Source of the DNA: an uncultured Leucobacter sp.
GTDB lineage: Bacteria; Actinomycetota; Actinomycetes; Actinomycetales; Microbacteriaceae
DNA length: 64,000 nucleotides
Direction of reading: 5' to 3'
Assembly: GCA_964433255.1 (NCBI GenBank)
Contig: CAYSQG010000001.1
Coordinates: 18,069 to 82,068 of the forward strand
Numbering within the stretch: the stretch's first letter is position 1; each line of letters starts with the position of its first letter. Made by a program: the position numbers and the translations under genes. Positions 57,747 through 64,000 of the stretch are shown in pieces. The notes beneath the pieces were generated by a model. It made no database searches. It worked only from the letters and a program-made list of their open reading frames with translations, and was not told the origin of the DNA.

Positions 57747-59293
57747 CCGCCAGGGTGAGTCGAGCTGCGGCAATTGCGCTGACTGGGTTAGACGGCACCA
57801 CCGTGCATGTTGAAGCCGCAGTGTCAAACCAGCTGCCGGGAATATCAATCATTGGGCTGCCTGATGCAGCTTTGGCTGAGGCGAAACAGCGAGTAAAACT
57901 TGCCACGCAGCAAGCGCAGTTGCCGCTTACCGACCGGTTTTTAGTGATCAATCTGAGCCCAGCTGCACTCCCGAAACACGGTTCAGGCTTCGATCTCGCA
58001 ATCGCGCTCGCGGCTCTGGCAGCCTCCTCACGCGTGCCAGACACACGGCTTACTGACATCGCACACATTGGTGAACTGGGGCTCGATGGCGGCTTGAGGC
58101 GTCCACCGGGGTTGCTGAGCAGTGTGCTTGCCGCAAAAAGACTTGGGTTTGCGAGAGTCATGGTTCCGGAATCATGCGCAGGAGAAGCCGCGCTGGTTCC
58201 TGACATTGAAGTGATTGCAGCGGCAACTCTTCGCGGCGCCGCTGCCTGGCACTCTGGAACCACTGAGGGTTGGCGTGTGGTCGCACAGGTGAAGCCGCAC
58301 GAGCTGTGCGCTGCCAAACTCAACACGGAGCTGGATATTGCAGATGTGATCGGTCAACCCGAAGCTGTTGAGGCACTCGTGGTTGCGGCTGCAGGCCGTC
58401 ATCATCTTTCGATGGTCGGCCCACCTGGTGCCGGCAAAACGTTGCTGGCAAGTCGACTTGCCTCACTTCTCCCTGACTTGGGGCCTGAAGAATCCCTTGA
58501 GGCGTCAAGCATTGCTTCGCTCGACGGTTCGCCACTCACCGAGTTGGTGCGAAGGCCCCCGTTCGTCAGCCCTCACCACACTGCATCGAAGGTCTCGATC
58601 ATTGGGGGTGGAGATTCACGAGGAGTGCGCCCGGGGGCCATTACTCGCGCGAGTCATGGCGTGCTCTTTCTTGACGAAGCACCCGAATTTCCCGCCAAGG
58701 TGCTCGACTCATTGCGCCAACCTCTCGAGTCAGGTTCAGTTGAAATTCATCGAGCACACCTTCGAACAGTGATGCCCGCACACATGCAACTCATACTTGC
58801 CGCAAACCCCTGCCCGTGCGGCTTCGCAGACTCACCAGACGCCGCGAACGCCTGCACGTGCACGCCCCATCAGAAGATCAGATACCTCGGTCGGCTCAGC
58901 GGACCTCTCTTAGACCGAATAGACCTGAGGCTACAAATTCGACGAGTGTCGAGTGTGCTTGTGCACTCAGACGAGAGCCCGAGACCAACAAGCGCCCAGT
59001 TGCGCGAGCGAGTGGCGCTGGCCCGATCTCGAGCTGCTCACAGACTTCGTGAGACACCCTGGCGCGTGAACGCAGAAGTTCGCGGAGAATGGCTGCGGGC
59101 ACCCGCAAACCGATTGCCGCGAAGCGCCACAGCCGCGCTAGACACTGCCCTGGCCCAAGGTTCCCTCACCGTGCGCGGTTACGATCGGGCGTTACGGCTC
59201 GCCTGGACCCTGAGCGATTTAGCCGAAAAACCCATGCCTGAGCGTGCTGAAATACGCTCAGCCCTGATACTCCGAGGGGGTGCGTCAGTGTGA
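57743..59293 (+). CDS. comM: ComM/YifB AAA+ helicase (Mg-chelatase-like)
   Basis: IIGLPD, NLSPA..PKHGSGFDL, GPPGAGKT, LFLDE, ANPCPCG, SGPLLDRID. Confidence 0.92.
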   Translation: MTARVSRAAAIALTGLDGTTVHVEAAVSNQLPGISIIGLPDAALAEAKQRVKLATQQAQLPLTDRFLVINLSPAALPKHGSGFDLAIALAALAASSRVPDTRLTDIAHIGELGLDGGLRRPPGLLSSVLAAKRLGFARVMVPESCAGEAALVPDIEVIAAATLRGAAAWHSGTTEGWRVVAQVKPHELCAAKLNTELDIADVIGQPEAVEALVVAAAGRHHLSMVGPPGAGKTLLASRLASLLPDLGPEESLEASSIASLDGSPLTELVRRPPFVSPHHTASKVSIIGGGDSRGVRPGAITRASHGVLFLDEAPEFPAKVLDSLRQPLESGSVEIHRAHLRTVMPAHMQLILAANPCPCGFADSPDAANACTCTPHQKIRYLGRLSGPLLDRIDLRLQIRRVSSVLVHSDESPRPTSAQLRERVALARSRAAHRLRETPWRVNAEVRGEWLRAPANRLPRSATAALDTALAQGSLTVRGYDRALRLAWTLSDLAEKPMPERAEIRSALILRGGASV

Positions 59294-60582
59294 ACCCTTT
59301 CCCCTCCAACACACAGGTTGCACAGGCAGACGTCGCAACGATGGCGCTGCTGAACCAGATTGACACCGCAACTTCTTCGCTTCTGCTTGAGACCACTGGC
59401 GACTCAGCCAGTGCAGCACCTCAACAGCGTGGCAACCAATTGTTGGCTCACATTGCATGGTCGCGTCTCGCTGAGCCTGGCGATGGGGCAGCAGGTGCAT
59501 TCATTGCCGCAGTCGGGGCAGAAGCAGCACTGCAACTGCTCGTACAGCAGACAAGTGCAACACAACTGGTTCGAATACTCTCCAGGCAAGGGCACGAGAT
59601 TTCGCCCAAAACTGCCAAAGAAGCGTTAGATCGCTGGGTTCCACGATTGAACCGTTCCGCAACCCTGCACGATATCGAACAGGCTGCAGCGTCGGGCTTG
59701 CAGGTGATCTTGCCCGGCGACTCGCTATGGCCAACAGCCTTGGATGACCTTGGGTTGCATCGACCAACAATGTTGTGGGTGAGAGGAAACCCTGGTGCGA
59801 TAGCCACCCCATCATTGAGCGTGGTTGGAGCGAGGGCGGCAACAGGGTACGGCAGTCATATGACGGCTGAAATTGTTGGTGCAGTGAGTGTGACTGATCT
59901 CGCCATCGTGTCTGGAGCTGCGTATGGCATAGATGCGGTTGCACATCGAACCGCGTTGGCCACACAACGCACCACGGTTGCTGTGTTAGCAGGCGGCGCC
60001 GATCGCCCATACCCGCGGGCTCACGATTCACTTCTGCAAAAAATTGCGCACACCGGTGCGGTGTGCTCTGAAATGATCCCAGGTGCGGCCCCAACAAAGT
60101 GGAGATTTTTGATGCGCAACAGGCTCATCGCCGCCCTATCTCGGGCAACCATCATCACTGAAGCCGGAATTCACTCAGGCAGTTTGAACACTGCCGGCCA
60201 CGCTGCGCAACTCGGCCGGCCAATCGGCGCAGTGCCCGGCCCCGTCACTTCAGCGGCCTCGGCCGGGTGTCACAAACTGATTCGGGACTATTCGGCGGTG
60301 CTGGTCACCAACGCCCAACAAGTCTTAGAACTTGTTGGGCAACATGAGAACCCTGGCTTGTTTGACGATGCTGAAACTGATGCCCGAGAGGGCGCGTGGG
60401 AGCGCAGAGTGCTTGACGCGCTTCCGCTTCGTGGGGCCAGAGGCGCGGCTGACATTGCCGGGCGAGCTGGGCTCGGTCTCGAACAGGTTCGGGGGGTGTT
60501 AGCTGAACTGGAACTCTTGAAGCGTGTGCAACGTCGCGACTCACCGGGTGGCGAGTCAACTAAGTGGGCGCTCTTGCGGTGA
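59290..60582 (+). CDS. dprA: DNA-processing protein DprA
   Basis: [52 protein letters not shown]. Confidence 0.94.
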   Translation: MNPFPSNTQVAQADVATMALLNQIDTATSSLLLETTGDSASAAPQQRGNQLLAHIAWSRLAEPGDGAAGAFIAAVGAEAALQLLVQQTSATQLVRILSRQGHEISPKTAKEALDRWVPRLNRSATLHDIEQAAASGLQVILPGDSLWPTALDDLGLHRPTMLWVRGNPGAIATPSLSVVGARAATGYGSHMTAEIVGAVSVTDLAIVSGAAYGIDAVAHRTALATQRTTVAVLAGGADRPYPRAHDSLLQKIAHTGAVCSEMIPGAAPTKWRFLMRNRLIAALSRATIITEAGIHSGSLNTAGHAAQLGRPIGAVPGPVTSAASAGCHKLIRDYSAVLVTNAQQVLELVGQHENPGLFDDAETDAREGAWERRVLDALPLRGARGAADIAGRAGLGLEQVRGVLAELELLKRVQRRDSPGGESTKWALLR

Positions 60583-60592
60583 CAATGGTCAC

Positions 60593-61525
60593 ATGCGACT
60601 AGACGAAGCGATCGACGGGTTTTTGCGCACCGTCGAATACGAATACGGCTACTCGCAGCACACCGTGAAAGCCTACCGAACCGATCTGCGATCCCTGACA
60701 GAGTTTGTCGACACCGAAGAAGCAGGCCAAGATCCCGGTCATGTCGACATTTCAATCATTGACCTCGAACTGCTCAGAGCCTATCTTTGGCACACTCAAC
60801 AGCTCGGATTCGCAGCTGGCACCATCGCACGCAGGGTCGCCACACTCAAATCATTCGGCAGCTGGCTCGAACAACGCCAAATCTTGCCCGGCAGCCCAGC
60901 CTCAAGACTGCACACCCCAAAAAAAACACACCCTCTCCCGAGAGTGCTCAGCGAACAACAACTCGAACGAATACTCGACAGAGCTAAACACCGTGCCGAA
61001 ACCGGCAACCCCAGAGCCCTGAGAGACCGGGCTGTGCTCGAACTCCTCTACGCCACCGCCCTGCGTGTGTCTGAGCTGTGCACCCTGCCCGTCGAGGGGC
61101 TTGACCTCACCGGCCGCACCGTACGAGTCACCGGCAAAGGCAACAAACAACGCGTCGTGCCGTTCGGCGCCCCGGCTGCAACCGCGCTCGATGAATACCT
61201 GCACCTCGGCCGCAACCAGATACTCGCAGACACCCAGGCATCTCACACCACCGCGCTGTTTCTTGGGAACACCGGCGCACCACTCACCTCAAGCGCGGTG
61301 TATCGGTTAGTTTCGCGCGAACTCGAACAAGAACCAGGCGGCGGCCCAAAGGGGCCACACACCTTTCGGCACAGCGCAGCCACACACCTGCTCAACGGGG
61401 GAGCAGACCTCAGGGTGGTGCAAGAAATGCTCGGCCATTCAAGCCTGAACAGCACCCAGGTCTACACCCACGTCACCACAAGCAGACTGGCAAACACCTA
61501 CAAACAGGCCCACCCACGGGCCTAG
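60593..61525 (+). CDS. xerC: Tyrosine recombinase XerC
   Basis: LRVSE, GKGNKQR, HTFRHS, LGH, TQVYT catalytic residues; position after dprA. Confidence 0.88.
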   Translation: MRLDEAIDGFLRTVEYEYGYSQHTVKAYRTDLRSLTEFVDTEEAGQDPGHVDISIIDLELLRAYLWHTQQLGFAAGTIARRVATLKSFGSWLEQRQILPGSPASRLHTPKKTHPLPRVLSEQQLERILDRAKHRAETGNPRALRDRAVLELLYATALRVSELCTLPVEGLDLTGRTVRVTGKGNKQRVVPFGAPAATALDEYLHLGRNQILADTQASHTTALFLGNTGAPLTSSAVYRLVSRELEQEPGGGPKGPHTFRHSAATHLLNGGADLRVVQEMLGHSSLNSTQVYTHVTTSRLANTYKQAHPRA

Positions 61526-61549
61526 TGCACACACTGCGCCGTGCGTGGG

Positions 61550-62845
61550 CTAGGAGGAAAACAACCCCTGAGCGAGGTTCTCACCCGGCAGAAAACCCGG
61601 CAAAATCGCAAACACCGCTGAACCGACGTGCGTGACCCATGTGTTCAACATGTCCACCTCGTCGAGTCGCTGCTGAATGGGCACAAACTGCTTCAGCGGA
61701 TTTTTCTGGTAACAAGTGAACACCAAACCAGCCTCGCCACCATCGTCATAATTCGTGGCGTGCCGGTAAATGCGCTCAGACGGGTCAACAGACCTCGCGC
61801 GACGAATGTGCGCGGTCGTGGGAATCACCGGCAGACCTATCTCGTTGCGCGCCTCGAAGTCAGCGGGAGTTTTTTCATCACCGCCGGTCAAGGGAGCCCC
61901 GGTGCTCAGGGTGCGGCCCACAGCAAGCTCACGGGCAGGCCGGTCAACTTGATCCCAGGTGTCAAGCTCCATGCGAATGCGTCGAATGACCAGCGCACTG
62001 CCGTGCTGCAACCAGCCTGAAGTCTCGTCTAGCCACACGAGGTCGCTGAAATCTTCGTCTTCAGGCGACGGGTTCACGGTGCCATCCACCTGTCCCATGA
62101 GATTTCTGGGGGTTCGCCCGTCCACCTCAGCCCCGCGAGCCTGCTGAAACCCTTGTTGCATCCAAAGCAGGGTGGCAAAACTCGTCAAATCACGTTCGAT
62201 CATGCGAGTGGCATGAGAAATTGGTAACGAGTCGTCTGACTGCAAAATGAACAGCAGATCTCCACCGTCAAAGCCATTGCCGAGTTGATCTCGACTGAAA
62301 GCGGGCAAAGGGGCAAGCCACTCGGGGCGTTTACTTTCGTTCACCCGAGCGACCAGCTCAGGGCCAACCCCAACCGTGATCGTCAACCGTGCTGGCCGCG
62401 CAGCGAGCTCGGGTTCTGGGTCGGCGAGCGGACCCTCGCCCGACGTGAGGCCCTCTATGTCGTCGGTAATGACCCGAAACATGCGTTGCAACGCGTCAAG
62501 GCCTACGCCTGGGAGGAGTTGGTACGACAAATAGCGCACGTGAGCCGCCCTCGGGGTCACAATGCCTGCCTGGTGAGTGCCATGGCATGGCAACGATTCT
62601 CCGCCAAAGCCCGGCATCTCGCCGCCAATCCCCAACGAGGGTTCGGTGCCGACTGCAGTCGCGGATGCGGCTGCTCCACGCACAGTTTGGTCGCCGACCG
62701 CCCTGAAGCCAAGCGCCCCGCCCACTCCAAGCAAGCCGCCGAGGCCAAGCCCGACAGCCCCACCGGTGAGCAACGAGCGGCGGTCGAGCCCAGACGAAGC
62801 CTGTTTGGTGTCAGACGATTTCTCTGAGGAGTGTTTATCGTTCAC
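61550..62845 (-). CDS. Tat-exported class A dye-decolorizing peroxidase
   Basis: LDRRSLL twin-arginine signal, HQAGI, NLMGQVDGTVN (GxxDG), AHIRRA, IYR distal Arg, HVGSAVF. Confidence 0.9.
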   Translation of the reverse strand: MNDKHSSEKSSDTKQASSGLDRRSLLTGGAVGLGLGGLLGVGGALGFRAVGDQTVRGAAASATAVGTEPSLGIGGEMPGFGGESLPCHGTHQAGIVTPRAAHVRYLSYQLLPGVGLDALQRMFRVITDDIEGLTSGEGPLADPEPELAARPARLTITVGVGPELVARVNESKRPEWLAPLPAFSRDQLGNGFDGGDLLFILQSDDSLPISHATRMIERDLTSFATLLWMQQGFQQARGAEVDGRTPRNLMGQVDGTVNPSPEDEDFSDLVWLDETSGWLQHGSALVIRRIRMELDTWDQVDRPARELAVGRTLSTGAPLTGGDEKTPADFEARNEIGLPVIPTTAHIRRARSVDPSERIYRHATNYDDGGEAGLVFTCYQKNPLKQFVPIQQRLDEVDMLNTWVTHVGSAVFAILPGFLPGENLAQGLFSS

Positions 62846-63518
62846 TGTGCTCACCACCCTCAGGGGTGTGTGGTTCAAGAGCCGTGCGCTGGTTTCTTCT
62901 GAGTACCATAAAAAAGATTCCTGTCGCGACGATCAGCGCAGCAAGCGAGAGCACTACCCACAGCAGGGTTGACGTCCACCCGGCAGATGGCGCAGCCGAT
63001 TCTGCGGCATCGCCACCGGCCGTCGCAAGCGGTGGTGCGTCGCGAAGTTCGACCTGGTACTCGCCATTGACGTCAACAACTGCGAAAGCAGTTCGATCTG
63101 AAATTGTGTGCCCGTCGCTTGAGACCACACGCCAGGCTATGGTGACGGTCTGATCGAGCTCGGGCATGAGCACGCGTTGAGTAACATCTCGGCCTGACAC
63201 AACCGGCACCCCGTCGGCGATGTTGTCACCGTTGCTATCGGTCACGACGGTTTCAGTGCTAATTTCGTTGATTTCGTTAGAAAAGCTGAGGGTAATGTCG
63301 ACTCGCTCAGTTTCTAGGTTGACTGTGCCTTCGACCCCAACGAGTTCGTCATGTGCCCGGGCTGCCGTCACCGACACGAACGACAGGGCAACTGACAGAG
63401 CAATAGACCAGAGCAACAGGGAACGCACACGTGGCCCTTGGAACAGTCTCACAACCCCGGTGCTCGTAGGTGCAAAAAGTACACGCGTCACGCCTCGAGT
63501 GAAGAGTTGAGCTGCCAC
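62835..63518 (-). CDS. Membrane-anchored CopC copper-binding protein
   Basis: Signal peptide ending ARA-H (N-terminal His), WRVVSSDGH motif, C-terminal TM; GTG 6 nt after TAGAAT. Confidence 0.82.
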   Translation of the reverse strand: MAAQLFTRGVTRVLFAPTSTGVVRLFQGPRVRSLLLWSIALSVALSFVSVTAARAHDELVGVEGTVNLETERVDITLSFSNEINEISTETVVTDSNGDNIADGVPVVSGRDVTQRVLMPELDQTVTIAWRVVSSDGHTISDRTAFAVVDVNGEYQVELRDAPPLATAGGDAAESAAPSAGWTSTLLWVVLSLAALIVATGIFFMVLRRNQRTALEPHTPEGGEHSER

Positions 63519-63580
63519 GTTCAAATTCTAACCAACGAGCGGTGAATGGCAGCTGAGAGCGACAGGTAAGCTTGACACTT

Positions 63581-64000
63581 GTGGCAGAAAGCAACCCCAT
63601 CACTCAAGAAGCAGTTAACCAGGCACTTCAGGCGGCTCTCGCCGCGTTCGCTGCAGCTGACACTCTTGCGCAACTGAAAATCGCCCGCTCCGAACACGCC
63701 GGTGACGCGTCACCAATTGCGAAGTTGAACTCGCACATGCGTCAGGTTCCGAAAGAGCTGAAAGCTGAAACTGGTCAGCTTATGGGGCAAACGCGAGGGC
63801 GCATCGAGGGCGCCTTCAAGCAGCGTGAAGCCGAACTCGCCGAACGTGAGGCCGCTGAGCGTCTGGTCGCCGAGACTGTGGATGTGACTGAGGCGCCGAC
63901 TCGTCGTCGAACCGGCACCCGTCACCCCCTTGCGCAGCTGCAAGACGAAATCAGCGATGTCTTTATTGGCATGGGGTGGGAGATCGCTGAGGGCCCCGAA
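63581..64000 (+). CDS. pheS: Phenylalanine-tRNA ligase alpha subunit (3'-truncated by window edge; absent from ORF track)
   Basis: Read manually: MAESNPITQEAV...ETVDVT...GTRHPLAQLQDEISDVFIGMGWEIAEGPE. Confidence 0.92.
   Translation, partial: MAESNPITQEAVNQALQAALAAFAAADTLAQLKIARSEHAGDASPIAKLNSHMRQVPKELKAETGQLMGQTRGRIEGAFKQREAELAEREAAERLVAETVDVTEAPTRRRTGTRHPLAQLQDEISDVFIGMGWEIAEGPE

Noticed and set aside
60919-60926. A8 homopolymer in xerC as a phase-variation or frameshift site
   Set aside because: Frame is intact and the run is explained by CCA-AAA-AAA-ACA codons
60593-61525. Tyrosine recombinase as a phage or ICE integrase
   Set aside because: Size, motifs and position after dprA fit housekeeping XerC; no att sites or cargo

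Overview
Gene-dense chromosomal segment of an actinobacterium of the Microbacteriaceae (protein sequences and gene order look Leucobacter-like; inference). It is a mosaic of conserved housekeeping blocks: recG-coaD-yceD-rpmF-rnc-mutM; argCJB; fdxA-gltA-DUF3117-tatB-mrp-mgtE-pepP-PHP-DEAD helicase-adnAB-uvrD2-UPF0182-tRNA-fMet; htrA plus a polyol-phosphate/Wzm-Wzt cell-wall cluster; DUF2469-yraN-comM-dprA-xerC; and the start of pheS. Accessory metabolic genes are interleaved: a Pseudomonas-type (QCGH-motif) isocitrate lyase, a methionine gamma-lyase-like enzyme, RlmC, an Lrp regulator divergent from a fused indolepyruvate:ferredoxin oxidoreductase, and a CopC-DyP pair. There are two tRNAs (Glu-CTC, initiator Met). 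I saw no CRISPR array, transposase, prophage or defence system, and I cannot claim a clearly new biological system. The best leads are the Lrp-IOR module, a 39-bp duplication that separates two tail-to-tail overlapping genes (adnB and a phosphotransferase), a double-TagF-domain wall polymer enzyme, an orphan operator array at aceA, readable PafBC/ClgR/SigH-like sites, pervasive leaderless genes, and several genes cleanly missing from otherwise conserved blocks. Product calls rest on motif recognition by eye; no database search was run.
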